This document shows, piece after piece, positions 1 through 10,371 of a DNA stretch of 32,488 nt. The DNA comes from Promethearchaeia archaeon (GTDB lineage: Archaea > Asgardarchaeota > Lokiarchaeia > Sigyniarchaeales > SOKP01): NCBI GenBank assembly GCA_029856295.1, contig JAHQWS010000204.1, forward strand, positions 1 through 32,488, given 5' to 3'. How positions within the stretch are numbered: the first letter of the stretch is position 1; each line of letters starts with the position of its first letter. The notes below the pieces were generated by a model. It ran no database searches and was not told where the DNA came from. It saw nothing but the letters and a program-made list of their open reading frames with translations. The position numbers were made by a program, and so were the translations under genes.

Positions 1-1
1 G

Positions 2-424
2 ATTAACTTGTTAAGTTATGATGAGAAAATTTCTGTGAAGGATTCTACATTAAATATTTGCGAATATAAACAAGCATTCACCCAGAATGCGGGAGTTCGT
101 CCTTTTGGAGTTTCTTTCTTAGTTGCTGGAATTGATTCAAATGGACCTTCTTTATATTTAACGGACCCTTCTGGGGCTATGTGGGGTTATAAAGCTTTTG
201 CTATAGGCTCTGGAGCGAATGAAGCAAGAGCTTATCTTGAGGAACATTATAAAGATGATATTAGTGATGAGAATTTAAAATTATTGCCCTTAAAAACGTT
301 AAAGGAATTGATGGGAGATAATTTGAATAAAAATACATATGATATAGCCTTTATATTGAAAGAAGATAATAAATATAAATTGTTAAGTATCGAAGAAAAG
401 GAAGATCTGTTAAAAAAAATTTAA
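2..424 (+). CDS. psmA: Proteasome alpha subunit, 5'-truncated by the window edge
   Basis: Frame is open from base 2. Motifs TQxxGVRPFGVSFLVAG, LYLTDPSG and AIGSG are typical of proteasome alpha subunits. Sits directly before SBDS and exosome genes, as in the archaeal superoperon. Confidence 0.93.
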   Translation: MNLLSYDEKISVKDSTLNICEYKQAFTQNAGVRPFGVSFLVAGIDSNGPSLYLTDPSGAMWGYKAFAIGSGANEARAYLEEHYKDDISDENLKLLPLKTLKELMGDNLNKNTYDIAFILKEDNKYKLLSIEEKEDLLKKI

Positions 425-582
425 AATAATAATTGAAAAGTAAAAAGAAACAAAAAAAATTCAAAAAAATACCATTAAAAATTAAACTTATCTACTTATT
501 CCTTAATAATTCAAATAGATAGACAACATATAAGAAGGATAAATAGTAGGTAAATTTTTTATTAGATAGGGTAAATACTTTT

Positions 583-1374
583 ATGATTGATAGAGCAAGA
601 ATAGATTTAGGCGGTTACATAGTAGGACGCATTGAAAAAGGGGGAAGAACTTTTGAAATGCTTATTGATCCTGAACAGGCATGGGAAGCGAAGAAAATTA
701 TTCGAGAAGAGATCAATAAAAGATTAAGAGCGGGTAGTCAGAAAACTCGAGTCTCTGTTGAAGAATTAATAAATGACACTAAAATCAATTTAGAAATGAT
801 CTTTGAAAGTTTTACTGTTTTTGAAGACTTACGACGGGGCAAAAAAGCTACTGACGGTGATATGGAAGCTATCTTCAATACCACTGAAGGTAAGACAATT
901 AGCGGTTATATCCTTTTAGATGGAGAAATTCAATGGACTAAAGCCCAAAGAGAAGAAGAAAGAAATAAAAAACTAAAACAAATAATCACAATCATTAGTA
1001 AAAACGCAATAAACCCTCAAAATAAAAAACCACACCCTTCTCAAAGAATAGAAAAAGCTATTGATGAAGCGAATATCAAAATTGATTTAATGAAAAATGC
1101 CGAAGAACAAGTTGACGACATTATCAAAAAAATCCAGAGCATTATCCCAATTCGCATGGAACAGGCCGAGTTAGCAATTAAAATCCCGACAAGTTTTACT
1201 GCTAAAGGTTACCATATTGTTGCTCAATTGTCACAAATTAAGAAAGAAGAGTGGCAATCAGATGGTTCTTGGGTTGCTGTGGTCAGTTTACCTGCAGGAT
1301 TACAAATGGAATTAATTGATAAATTAAATAAATTAACCCATGGAAGAGTTCAAACAAAACCCTTAAAATCCTAA
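583..1374 (+). CDS. sdo1: Ribosome maturation factor SBDS/Sdo1
   Basis: GRTFEMLIDP, INPQNKKPHPSQRIEKAIDEA and EEWQSDGSW motifs; conserved position between psmA and rrp4. Confidence 0.93.
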   Translation: MIDRARIDLGGYIVGRIEKGGRTFEMLIDPEQAWEAKKIIREEINKRLRAGSQKTRVSVEELINDTKINLEMIFESFTVFEDLRRGKKATDGDMEAIFNTTEGKTISGYILLDGEIQWTKAQREEERNKKLKQIITIISKNAINPQNKKPHPSQRIEKAIDEANIKIDLMKNAEEQVDDIIKKIQSIIPIRMEQAELAIKIPTSFTAKGYHIVAQLSQIKKEEWQSDGSWVAVVSLPAGLQMELIDKLNKLTHGRVQTKPLKS

Positions 1375-1467
1375 CTTAAAAATTATTAATTTGTTCTAAA
1401 TACATTATTTTTTTGATGATAAGTTAGGTTAATAAATAAAATAAATAATAAGAGTGAGTAAAAATAA

Positions 1468-2250
1468 ATGGAAGATGAAGGAGAAATTCAAGAGGACGAC
1501 GAATTTGAGGATGAGGAAAGATCCCGAGAACTCGTCGTTCCGGGAGAAGTTTTGACTGAAGATGTTAATAATTTTTTACCAGGACGGGGAACAATATTAA
1601 ATGATACAAGAGATAAAATAATCTCACTTCATATTGGATTGAAGCAGATCAACAAGAATTATATTAATGTAATCCCACTTAAAGGAATTTATACACCTCA
1701 ACCAGGTGATAAAGTTATCGCAATAGTTGTGGATAAGAATCCTGTTAAATATAGATGTGATATAAATGCTAAGGATGATGCGCAACTCAAACCAAGAAAT
1801 ACAGAAAGAAGAATTAAAACTCGATTAGGAAGAGGACGGGATTATCAGCGAGATCACCGAGATGAATCTAACACGGATAGATTTGTAATTGGCGATGTGT
1901 TGATTGTAAAAGTCCTTTCAGCAGATCGCTTGAATAAACCAGAATTAACGACTGTTGGAAAGTATCTCGGGAAGAAAAATGGTGGTATTGTCATTTCAAT
2001 TGATCCCCCAAAAATTCCTCGAGTAATCGGACGTAGTGGATCAATGATAAAAATGCTTAAATCTTTAACCAATTGCAATATATTTGTTACTCAAAATGGG
2101 CGCATATGGTTAAGGGGTGATAACATAGCATATGAACGCTTACTTATTGATGCAATCTATAAGATCGAGAGAGAAGCACATACTTCAGGGTTAACTGATA
2201 GAATACAAGCATTTGTAAAAAATGAAAAAATAAAGAGAGGTATTAAATAA
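1468..2250 (+). CDS. rrp4: Exosome RNA-binding cap protein Rrp4 (S1 + KH)
   Basis: LVVPGE, YTPQPGDKVIAIV, KIPRVIGRSGSMI (KH GxxG), QNGRIW and EAHTSGLTDRI; synteny. Confidence 0.93.
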   Translation: MEDEGEIQEDDEFEDEERSRELVVPGEVLTEDVNNFLPGRGTILNDTRDKIISLHIGLKQINKNYINVIPLKGIYTPQPGDKVIAIVVDKNPVKYRCDINAKDDAQLKPRNTERRIKTRLGRGRDYQRDHRDESNTDRFVIGDVLIVKVLSADRLNKPELTTVGKYLGKKNGGIVISIDPPKIPRVIGRSGSMIKMLKSLTNCNIFVTQNGRIWLRGDNIAYERLLIDAIYKIEREAHTSGLTDRIQAFVKNEKIKRGIK

Positions 2251-2252
2251 AG

Positions 2253-3032
2253 ATGGTATTAATAATAAAAGACGAATATCCAGATAAATTATTTAGAGAA
2301 GATGGCAAAAGACTGGATGGACGTGATAAAAATGAATTGCGCCCAATTAAGATGGAAGTGGGTGTGATAAAAAACGCAGATGGTTCTGCATATCTTGAAT
2401 GGGGTAATAACAAAATATTTGCTGCTGTGTACGGACCTAGAGAAGTACATCCTCATCATCTCGCAAAGCCCGATCGCGGAATTTTACGAGTTTTTTATAG
2501 AATGGCTACCTATTCTGTATTTGATAGAAAAAGACCTGCACCGGGTCGTCGTGAAAAGGAGATCTCAATGATTATTTCTGATTGTATAGAGCCTGTTTTA
2601 TTCCTTGAACTTTATCCTGGTACTTCTTTTGAAGTATTTATAGAAGTCATTGATGCGGATGGAGGAACAAGATGTGCTAGCACAATTGTTGCTTCTTTAG
2701 CGTTAGCTGATGCTGGTGTCCCTATGAAAAGTTTAGTCACTGCCGTAGCCGTTGGTAAAATTGATGGGGAGATTGTGGTAGACCTTTCAGGTATAGAGGA
2801 TAAAGCTGGAGATGCTGATCTTCCTTTAGCGATTACCTGGTTTAATAATGAAATTTCATTATTACAATTTGATGGTACTATGGATGCTGAGGAATTTGAT
2901 ACATGTTTAACACTTGGGAAGGAAGCTGCAGAAAAGATATATAAAATTCAGTTAGATACATTAAGAAGTAAATATATCTCAATTCAAGAAAGTGTTAGCG
3001 AAATATCAAATACAAGTGGAGGTGAAGAGTAA
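2253..3032 (+). CDS. rrp41: Exosome exonuclease Rrp41 (RNase PH fold)
   Basis: RLDGRxxxELRP, ADGSAYLEWG, VYGPREVHP and ADGGTRCAS phosphate-binding motif. Confidence 0.96.
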   Translation: MVLIIKDEYPDKLFREDGKRLDGRDKNELRPIKMEVGVIKNADGSAYLEWGNNKIFAAVYGPREVHPHHLAKPDRGILRVFYRMATYSVFDRKRPAPGRREKEISMIISDCIEPVLFLELYPGTSFEVFIEVIDADGGTRCASTIVASLALADAGVPMKSLVTAVAVGKIDGEIVVDLSGIEDKAGDADLPLAITWFNNEISLLQFDGTMDAEEFDTCLTLGKEAAEKIYKIQLDTLRSKYISIQESVSEISNTSGGEE

Positions 3033-3034
3033 AT

Positions 3035-3862
3035 ATGATGGATGTTAAAAGAGTTATTTCAACGATCGAACGAAAATATATTATAAATAATTTGAAAAAA
3101 GAAGAGAGGATTGACGGAAGGGGTTTGTGGGAATATCGTGAATTTAAAATAGATTCAGATATGGTCGCATCTGCAGAAGGGTCTGCTGATGTAATGCTAG
3201 GAGAAACTCGAATTATTACTGGGTTAAAATATGATGTTGGTTCGCCTTTTCCTGATTTACCTGATGCAGGTGTTTGTACAATAATGGCAGAGTTATTACC
3301 TTTGGCATCTCCTTTATTTGAGAGAGGCCCTCCAGATGAACAATCAATAGAATTAGCTCGTGTAGTAGATCGAGGAATTCGACATGCTGATTGCGTTCAA
3401 ACTAAAAAACTTTGCATTAAGGAGAAAGAAGCAGTCTATATCTTATTTGTAGATATGTATGTCATAAATCATGGCGGCAATTTAATTGACTGTGGTGGCG
3501 TAAGCGCCTTAGCTACATTGATTTCAGCCCATATTCCTGAAGGAATATATACTGAAAATGGTATAGAATGGACGGGGAATTATTTAACAGGTGAGGATAT
3601 TGTGAACGAATTACCTTTAGTTTTAACTTACGGTAAAATTGATGACATCATATTCTTAGATCCAAGCTTACCAGAGGAATTAGTATGTGATGGAAAGATT
3701 TCCATTTCAGTAACAGAAGATAAAATAACATCAATCCAAAAAAGCGGTGCTACCACATTTTCTTTTGATGAAATTCGTATGCTAGGTCAGAAAACAATTG
3801 AAATTGGTAAAGAATTGAGAAATAAATTAAATTTTTGGCAATATAAGGTAAAAATTGACTAA
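3035..3862 (+). CDS. rrp42: Exosome subunit Rrp42
   Basis: RIDGRG, AEGSA, PFPDLPD, GPPDEQSIELARVVDRGIR and IQKSG motifs. Confidence 0.95.
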   Translation: MMDVKRVISTIERKYIINNLKKEERIDGRGLWEYREFKIDSDMVASAEGSADVMLGETRIITGLKYDVGSPFPDLPDAGVCTIMAELLPLASPLFERGPPDEQSIELARVVDRGIRHADCVQTKKLCIKEKEAVYILFVDMYVINHGGNLIDCGGVSALATLISAHIPEGIYTENGIEWTGNYLTGEDIVNELPLVLTYGKIDDIIFLDPSLPEELVCDGKISISVTEDKITSIQKSGATTFSFDEIRMLGQKTIEIGKELRNKLNFWQYKVKID

Positions 3863-3975
3863 ATGTATTGCCTTATGCCCTTGTTTTTTACTATTTTTAA
3901 CTTTTTTCACGAAAATTTTTATTTTATAATAATTTTAATAGAATATCAATAATTTTAAATAAAACGGGTAGTATC

Positions 3976-4266
3976 ATGGGAAAGACTAAAAAAGTCGGCT
4001 GGACAGGTCGCTACGGAGCAAGATACGGTTCAAATGTACGTAAAAGAGTACGCTTAATTATGGAAAGAATGAAAGGGGGGAACATAAAATGCCCTCGATG
4101 CATGACTGTAGGTTCAGTTTATCGTGTCTCAACGGGGATTTGGCATTGTAAAAAATGCGGGGCTAAATTTACAGGTGGTGCATATGATATTGTTACTCCT
4201 AGAGGCGCAGAATCGTACCGAATTGCAAAGAGAAAACAACGTGAATTAGAAGTAATCGAAGAATAA
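3976..4266 (+). CDS. rpl37ae: 50S ribosomal protein L37Ae (eL43)
   Basis: TKKVGxTGRYGARYG, CPRC...GIWHCKKC zinc ribbon and FTGGAY. Confidence 0.96.
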   Translation: MGKTKKVGWTGRYGARYGSNVRKRVRLIMERMKGGNIKCPRCMTVGSVYRVSTGIWHCKKCGAKFTGGAYDIVTPRGAESYRIAKRKQRELEVIEE

Positions 4267-4529
4267 TGAGTAATTCTAATTACTTTTCTATAAAATCAAC
4301 AATAGAACTAACTTTTAAGGATTCAAACACTTGTACTTTAGCGTATAATTCGTTTTTACCAGAATTAAAAAAGGCAAAATCTCATAGATCAAGAATTTTA
4401 ATGGAAAAACTGGATAACGCTTTAATTTTTTCTATTGAAAGTGCTGATATAACCGCTTTTAGAGCGTCTATAAGCGATGTTATTAGCTTTGGAAAAATTA
4501 TTGATAGTACTTTAAAATTATGCGAGTAA
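4266..4529 (+). CDS. pcc1: KEOPS complex subunit Pcc1
   Basis: 87 aa with PE...RS and IESADITAFRASI (AxDxxxLRA motif); typical position between rpl37ae and pfdB; TAATG stop/start coupling. Confidence 0.8.
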   Translation: MSNSNYFSIKSTIELTFKDSNTCTLAYNSFLPELKKAKSHRSRILMEKLDNALIFSIESADITAFRASISDVISFGKIIDSTLKLCE

Positions 4530-4584
4530 AACATTTATAACTTATCATATTACAATTTTTATAAAAAAAAAACTATGAAGAATT

Positions 4585-4947
4585 ATGAGTATAGATTTAA
4601 ATAGCCTTGATGAGGAAGTAAGGAACAAAGTAATAAACCTGCAGAATCTTTCTACTACAATGGAATACTTATCACAACAGAAGATGCAAATTGAAACGAG
4701 CTTAAGAGATACAGAACTAGCGATCGAAGAACTTGAAAAAATTAACCCGGATGATGTTGTCTATAAATCAATTGGCGGAATATTAGTCAAAAGCGAAAAA
4801 AATAAGCTGCTCGATGAAAAAAAATCACTGAAAGTTACTTTAGAGATGCGTTCTAAAACTGTAACCCAGAAACTCGATAGAACTAAGAGCCAAATCGAAA
4901 CTATGAGAAATTCAATTCAGGCAGATCTTCAAAGTAAAAGTGCTTAA
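4585..4947 (+). CDS. pfdB: Prefoldin beta subunit
   Basis: Coiled coil / VYKSIGGILVK hairpin / coiled coil; 120 aa; synteny. Confidence 0.93.
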   Translation: MSIDLNSLDEEVRNKVINLQNLSTTMEYLSQQKMQIETSLRDTELAIEELEKINPDDVVYKSIGGILVKSEKNKLLDEKKSLKVTLEMRSKTVTQKLDRTKSQIETMRNSIQADLQSKSA

Positions 4948-5959
4948 TTGTATGTTGACATATAAGTTTGAAGATTTCAAAACATATTTGAAAAATAAAA
5001 ATGTTTTAATAACTACTCACGCGCATGTGGATATTGATGGTGCTGCCTCTTGTTATATCTTTAAAATTTTTTTCACTAGTTATTTTAAAAATGAAGCCGC
5101 TTTAGTACTTCCTGAATTCTCCAAATCTACAAGAGACTTTCTAGAAAAAGTTTCACAAAAATTTCGGGAACTCTCCTTTTCTTTTAATGACGAATTTGAT
5201 ATTTCAAATATAGATGTAATTCTGGTATTAGATACTAATAACTTAGCACAAGTAAGTATTTTTGATAAATTGAATATTAGTAATGCCGAGATTCCCTTCA
5301 TTTTTATTGATCATCATTTAAATCTTAAAAAGGATTACAAAAACAATCTCTCTTCCTTAAATATTATCAACGAACAAGTCTCTTCTACTTCCGAAATAAT
5401 TTTTGAATTATGCGAATTCTTTAATTTTAAATTGGAATTTCCTTATAAATTTCTATTAATCTCTGCAATATTAACTGATTCGGGGTTTTTCAAATATGGC
5501 AATAATGATACAATAAAACGGATATCAAGATTATTGGACGATCAGTTAGATTTTCAAGAAATTCTATCAACACTTGAGTTTGAACAAGATATTTCTGAAA
5601 AATTAGCAAGAATAAAAGCATTACAGCGATTGAAATTAATCCGTTCAAAGGATTGGTTGATTGGAATGACACATGTAGGTAGTTTTGAAGCAGGTGTTGC
5701 AGCTTTATTGATTAACATAGGCTTAGATGTGAGTATTGTATATTCTGAAAAAAAGACGACATTTAGAATTAGTACGAGAGCAAAGAAAAGGGTTTGCATA
5801 AAAACAGGTTTACATTTAGGAAAAATTTTACAGGAAGTGGCTGAGGAATGTGAAGGAAGTGGGGGTGGTCATGATGGTGCTGCTTCTCTAAATGGAAAGA
5901 ATGATCTAAAAAAGATTTTAAACAAAATCATTGAGAAAATAAAACAAATTTTAAAATAA
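4940..5959 (+). CDS. DHH/DHHA1 family phosphoesterase (start may be ATG 4952)
   Basis: THAHVDIDG, LVLDT, IDHH, AILTDSG and C-terminal GGGHDGAA motifs. Confidence 0.88.
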   Translation: MLNCMLTYKFEDFKTYLKNKNVLITTHAHVDIDGAASCYIFKIFFTSYFKNEAALVLPEFSKSTRDFLEKVSQKFRELSFSFNDEFDISNIDVILVLDTNNLAQVSIFDKLNISNAEIPFIFIDHHLNLKKDYKNNLSSLNIINEQVSSTSEIIFELCEFFNFKLEFPYKFLLISAILTDSGFFKYGNNDTIKRISRLLDDQLDFQEILSTLEFEQDISEKLARIKALQRLKLIRSKDWLIGMTHVGSFEAGVAALLINIGLDVSIVYSEKKTTFRISTRAKKRVCIKTGLHLGKILQEVAEECEGSGGGHDGAASLNGKNDLKKILNKIIEKIKQILK

Positions 5960-6001
5960 CTAAGAATTTTTATAAAACAATATAATTGGTTCGCGTTTGT
6001 T

Positions 6002-6841
6002 ATGCATTTAATTGAATTTCATAATTTTTACTTCCGGTATAAAAAAAATAAGGAATATCAATTAAATGAAATTAATCTAAAGATAGACGAAAATAAATTT
6101 ATTTTATTATGCGGCCAGACCGGTTCAGGTAAAACTACTTTAATTCGGTGTATGAATGGACTGATCCCCCAATTTTATCCAGGATTCTATAGAGGTTATG
6201 TTAAAGTTCTTGGAAAAGATACAGCTGAAGCCCCCATTGCGGATTTATCTACTGAAATTGGAATTGTCTTCCAAAATCCTGAGAATCAATTAATATCAAT
6301 GAATGTTGAGCATGAAATTGCTTTTGGTATGGAAAATCTTGGAATTCCCCGTGAAGAGATGGAAAAGAGAATTAAAGAAGTTATTAAATTAACCGAAATT
6401 GAGCATTTACTAGATAAAGCTCCATTTGAGCTGAGTGGCGGAGAACAGCAACGAGTTGCAATTGCTTCAATTTTGGTTTTAGAACCAAAAATTTTGATTT
6501 TAGATGAGCCTACTGCATTACTTGATCCAAGTATGGCTGATAAAATAATTAAATTATTGAAGAAAATCCAGACGGAAAAAAACGTGACCATTATTATTAG
6601 TGAGCATAGAATGGATTTGGTTGTTCCTTATGCTGACGAAATAATTTTATTAGATAACGCAAAAATACTTGAACATGGAAAACGAGAAGAAGTATTGAAT
6701 GGTGAAAATTTCCAGAGATTGACCATTAATAAACCAGTCATTTATTCAGTATTTACAACATTAAAAAGTGAACAGTTGTATAAGGAAAAAATTCCTGCTT
6801 CTATTGATGAAGCTATAAGGTATTTTCAAAATTATAAGTAA
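6002..6841 (+). CDS. ecfA: ECF transporter ATPase component A
   Basis: Walker A GQTGSGKTT, VFQNPENQ Q-helix, LSGGEQQR, LILDEPT and EH switch. Confidence 0.92.
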   Translation: MHLIEFHNFYFRYKKNKEYQLNEINLKIDENKFILLCGQTGSGKTTLIRCMNGLIPQFYPGFYRGYVKVLGKDTAEAPIADLSTEIGIVFQNPENQLISMNVEHEIAFGMENLGIPREEMEKRIKEVIKLTEIEHLLDKAPFELSGGEQQRVAIASILVLEPKILILDEPTALLDPSMADKIIKLLKKIQTEKNVTIIISEHRMDLVVPYADEIILLDNAKILEHGKREEVLNGENFQRLTINKPVIYSVFTTLKSEQLYKEKIPASIDEAIRYFQNYK

Positions 6842-6855
6842 AAAAAGGATACAAT

Positions 6856-7725
6856 ATGCCCCAAGATTACCCCTTAATAGTAGTACACGATGTAGATTAC
6901 AAATATCTTAATGAAACCGTAGCTTTAAAAAAAATAAATTTAAAAATTTATAAAGGTGAATTAATTGGGATTATGGGAAAAAACGGAGCAGGCAAAACCA
7001 CATTAATAAGGACTTTTAACGGTTTAATACGGCCTACTAACGGCAATATTTATATAAATGGTGAAAATATAAAATCTAAAACACCTGGTACCCTATCTCA
7101 AAAAGTGGGCATAATTTTTCAAAATCCTCAACATCAAGTTTTTTCTAACACTGTGGAAGAAGAAATTAAATATTCATTAAAAAGTCTCAATCTTAGCAAA
7201 CAAGAAAATCAAATTAAAACCGATGATATTTTAAAAAAATTTGATTTGGATAAATATAGGGAACGCTCACCTTTGAACCTTTCAGGAGGAGAGACTAAAA
7301 AATTAGCAGTAGCATCAATATTTTGTAGAGATCCAGATATTCTCGTCTTTGATGAGCCCACTTTAGGACAGGATGCTAAAGAAATCAGTTTTTTTATAGA
7401 ATTAATTAAAAGCGAAATGAAAATTGGAAAAACTATCGTCATTATCACTCATAATATAGAATTTGCTATGGAATACATCTCCCGAACGATTTTAATGGCG
7501 GATGGAAAAATTATTGCTGATGGCCCTACAGAAAAGATAATAACCAATGAATTTTTAGTCAAAAAATCTGCTCTCATTTTACCCCAAATAAGTCAATTTA
7601 ATATAGCGCTTAATGATATAGGAATTCCATGTCCAAATAATATTTATTCCAAAGATAAAATGACTGAATTTTTAGCTGGTTATATAAAAGATAAATCTAA
7701 AGTAGTGTCAGGTGAAAGTAACTAA
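6856..7725 (+). CDS. ecfA: ECF transporter ATPase component A'
   Basis: GKNGAGKTT, IFQNPQHQ, LSGGETKK, FDEPTLGQD; tandem with a paralog and ecfT. Confidence 0.92.
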   Translation: MPQDYPLIVVHDVDYKYLNETVALKKINLKIYKGELIGIMGKNGAGKTTLIRTFNGLIRPTNGNIYINGENIKSKTPGTLSQKVGIIFQNPQHQVFSNTVEEEIKYSLKSLNLSKQENQIKTDDILKKFDLDKYRERSPLNLSGGETKKLAVASIFCRDPDILVFDEPTLGQDAKEISFFIELIKSEMKIGKTIVIITHNIEFAMEYISRTILMADGKIIADGPTEKIITNEFLVKKSALILPQISQFNIALNDIGIPCPNNIYSKDKMTEFLAGYIKDKSKVVSGESN

Positions 7726-8492
7726 TGTCCCTTGAATTTCTAAATGCATTTAAATTTCAAAAGAAAAATACATTTGTACATAATTTAGATCCAAGGGCTA
7801 AGTTATTATTTTCACTAGTATATAGCATTTCAGGTCTTATGTTTACAGAAATTGTACCTTTATTTATTATTTTTTTAACCTTGACTCCAATGATTTTATT
7901 AGGGAAAATGGTTAAGGAGTGGCTTAGAAGTATTCGAGGGCTTTCATTTTTAGTATTAATGATCATTGTACTAAATACCTATTTTATATCTTTAGGATAT
8001 GCGATAGCAATGATTATAAGAATAACCATTATGATCACCGCTTTCTCAATATTTTTTTTAACAGTACATCCTAATGATTTAGCATTGTCCTTAATATCAA
8101 TGAAAGTACCATACCCCTATGCCTTTTCCTTTTCATTAGCATTTAGGTTTGTACCCACTATAGCCAATGAAGCTCAAAATATTATGGATGCCCAGCAAAG
8201 TAGAGGGTATGAAATGAAAACCAGTGGTATGATAAATCAAATAAAAAATCTTTTTCCGTTATTAGTACCTCTTATAATTTGTTCAATTAAAAGAGCTTTT
8301 AATGTAGCTGAAGCCCTAGAATCGCGGGCTTTCGGGAGCGTTAATGAACGGACCTATTACTATACTATTAAGTATACTTTAAAAGATTGGATTTTTACCT
8401 TTTATTTAATTTGTTTTTTTATACTTACAATTTATGTGCGAATCCAATTTGGTCTCATGCCAGAATGGCTACTTTGGAGCCTACCCGTATAA
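7725..8492 (+). CDS. ecfT: ECF transporter transmembrane component T
   Basis: LDPRAKL, RFVPT, AQQSRG and ALESRAF (two XRX motifs); hydrophobic helices. Confidence 0.92.
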   Translation: MSLEFLNAFKFQKKNTFVHNLDPRAKLLFSLVYSISGLMFTEIVPLFIIFLTLTPMILLGKMVKEWLRSIRGLSFLVLMIIVLNTYFISLGYAIAMIIRITIMITAFSIFFLTVHPNDLALSLISMKVPYPYAFSFSLAFRFVPTIANEAQNIMDAQQSRGYEMKTSGMINQIKNLFPLLVPLIICSIKRAFNVAEALESRAFGSVNERTYYYTIKYTLKDWIFTFYLICFFILTIYVRIQFGLMPEWLLWSLPV

Positions 8493-8602
8493 AACTATAT
8501 TCTAAAACATTTAAAACAAAAATCGCAATTTTTTATGAATAATTAAAATTAAAGTTTTAGTATTTGAAAATGATTTAATATTAATAAAGAGAAAAATTAT
8601 TT

Positions 8603-9121
8603 ATGAATTTTAATAAGCAGCATGCAGCAGTTTGTGGTCTTTTTTGCCCAAGCTGTACAATATTTATTGGCACAACGGAAGATCCTAAAAGGCTTGAGAG
8701 ATTAGCAAGTCTATTTAATACTCCAGTTGGGGATATGAAGTGTTTAGGTTGCCGTTCAAATACTCGAGTCGCTTATTGCGATTCATGCAAGCTTTATTCA
8801 TGCGCTCAAGAAAAAGGAATAGATTTTTGTGGGGAATGTTCTGAATTTCCATGTAATGAAATAAAAGATTTTCAGGCTGGCGGCGCTCATAGATTTGAAT
8901 TATGGAATTTTCAAGCTCAAATTGTAAAAATGGGATATAAAAAATGGATACTAGAGATGATTAAATATTATTCATGTCCAAATTGTGGAATTATCAATTC
9001 AACCTATGATGATAAATGCAGAAAATGTGGACATAAACCAAGTAATCAATATACTGCTAAATATGGGCAAAAAATTCGGGATTTTCAAAAAAAACATCAA
9101 ACACGATTAAATATAAAATAA
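8603..9121 (+). CDS. Cys-rich metal-binding protein, DUF3795-like, with C-terminal zinc ribbon
   Basis: CGLFCPSC, CLGCRS, CKLYSCAQEKGIDFCGECSEFPC pattern, then CPNC...CRKC. Confidence 0.8.
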   Translation: MNFNKQHAAVCGLFCPSCTIFIGTTEDPKRLERLASLFNTPVGDMKCLGCRSNTRVAYCDSCKLYSCAQEKGIDFCGECSEFPCNEIKDFQAGGAHRFELWNFQAQIVKMGYKKWILEMIKYYSCPNCGIINSTYDDKCRKCGHKPSNQYTAKYGQKIRDFQKKHQTRLNIK

Positions 9122-9154
9122 TTTCTTTAAAATTATATCTAAAGAATTTCTAAA

Positions 9155-9844
9155 ATGATCATTAAAGAATTCAATATACCTGATATAAAATTGAAGTATT
9201 TTGTAGGTATTAATCAAGTCTCAATCGATTTAACAAAATTGTTAGATCAAAATAAATTAGAAAATCAAGCTCAAGTGTTAGATGTTATTTTCGATGTAAT
9301 TGAAAAAGTTCAAAACACATTTAAAGGGTCCATGATTCAATTTTTTTCTCATGAGTATGTTTTAGACCAGAGTCATATTTTTAATGCCTTCTATTATATG
9401 GAAAAAGCATTTCTTAATAATCTAAATATCTCAAATAAAAAAAATATCGAATTGCTGTTGTATTTAGCTACTAATCGGCAGATAAAAATTGGTATTGAAG
9501 CTTTTGGTATTAAATATTTAGATGTGAAAAAAGGAGAATTGCTTTATTGTATCATATCACGTGAGAATAGTGTACGTGAAATAAATGAAGAGATTTTACA
9601 TCTACTTCAAGCTAAAGAATTACCATTAAATCTGAACAACAGGTCTTTTGATAAATTTGACAGAATTAAAACTTTTTTTGAGATAACAGATAACCAGATT
9701 ATAACTGTATTAAAATCTTATGGAGTTAGTAATATTAACAAAGATCCAATAAGTTACAAGCTTGAAGATCTCTATGTAGCTTTAAATGATTTAATTTGTG
9801 AAAAAATGACATTGCTTAGTTTGGAAAAAATCAAACTTGATTAA
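9155..9844 (+). CDS. cgi121: KEOPS complex subunit Cgi121-like
   Basis: SHIFNA...AF...NIS...IELLLYLATNRQIKIGIEAFGI matches the Cgi121 E-LL--A--RQI--A----G pattern; ends ..EKMTLL. Confidence 0.75.
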   Translation: MIIKEFNIPDIKLKYFVGINQVSIDLTKLLDQNKLENQAQVLDVIFDVIEKVQNTFKGSMIQFFSHEYVLDQSHIFNAFYYMEKAFLNNLNISNKKNIELLLYLATNRQIKIGIEAFGIKYLDVKKGELLYCIISRENSVREINEEILHLLQAKELPLNLNNRSFDKFDRIKTFFEITDNQIITVLKSYGVSNINKDPISYKLEDLYVALNDLICEKMTLLSLEKIKLD

Positions 9845-10371
9845 TCAACATAATTCTCACTTTTTAACCTAAGAATCTCATCAGGTTTAAGAAAAGTTAT
9901 ACCGCAAAAATTTCCTAAAAGTTCTATACGTATAATTTTATCCGGATTCTCAAGATTCACCTGATTCTCAATATTGTTAGCAACATATTTGATAAGACGT
10001 TCCCTCTCAATAATATCATTATTTCTACGCTTTAAATCAATTTTAAATGTGTCAGTTTTATCAATAAATTCCGAATAATGATTCTCCACAATTTGGGTTA
10101 TACTTTTAAGATTTGTTTCACACACAAAATCAATAGGTACAATTTTGAGGATAAATTTGAGGAAATCGGGGTCTTTCTTTAGAATTTCTTTAATTTTTTG
10201 AATTATGATTTTTGCATCAATATTAGATAAAGCAGTTAATAAACCTAAGAATTCTAAATTTGAAATAATGGGATATTTATCACCAGTAATGAATAATGTA
10301 AACCATAACTCAGCTCTTGCGTTAGTTTCGTTATATCTTGATGTCGATACTAATAAATTGAAGTTCTTCGC
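9841..10371 (-). CDS. THUMP-domain RNA-binding protein (Tan1-like), 176 codons, with no canonical start codon
   Basis: The ORF-track call (10125) is open for 82 more codons: AKNFNLLVSTSRYNE...LKIVPIDF, then TFKIDLKRR...VNLENPDKIIRIE (THUMP). First codon is GCG (10371-10369), preceded by in-frame TAA and by AGGTGA at 5 nt. Confidence 0.8.
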   Translation of the reverse strand, partial: AKNFNLLVSTSRYNETNARAELWFTLFITGDKYPIISNLEFLGLLTALSNIDAKIIIQKIKEILKKDPDFLKFILKIVPIDFVCETNLKSITQIVENHYSEFIDKTDTFKIDLKRRNNDIIERERLIKYVANNIENQVNLENPDKIIRIELLGNFCGITFLKPDEILRLKSENYVD

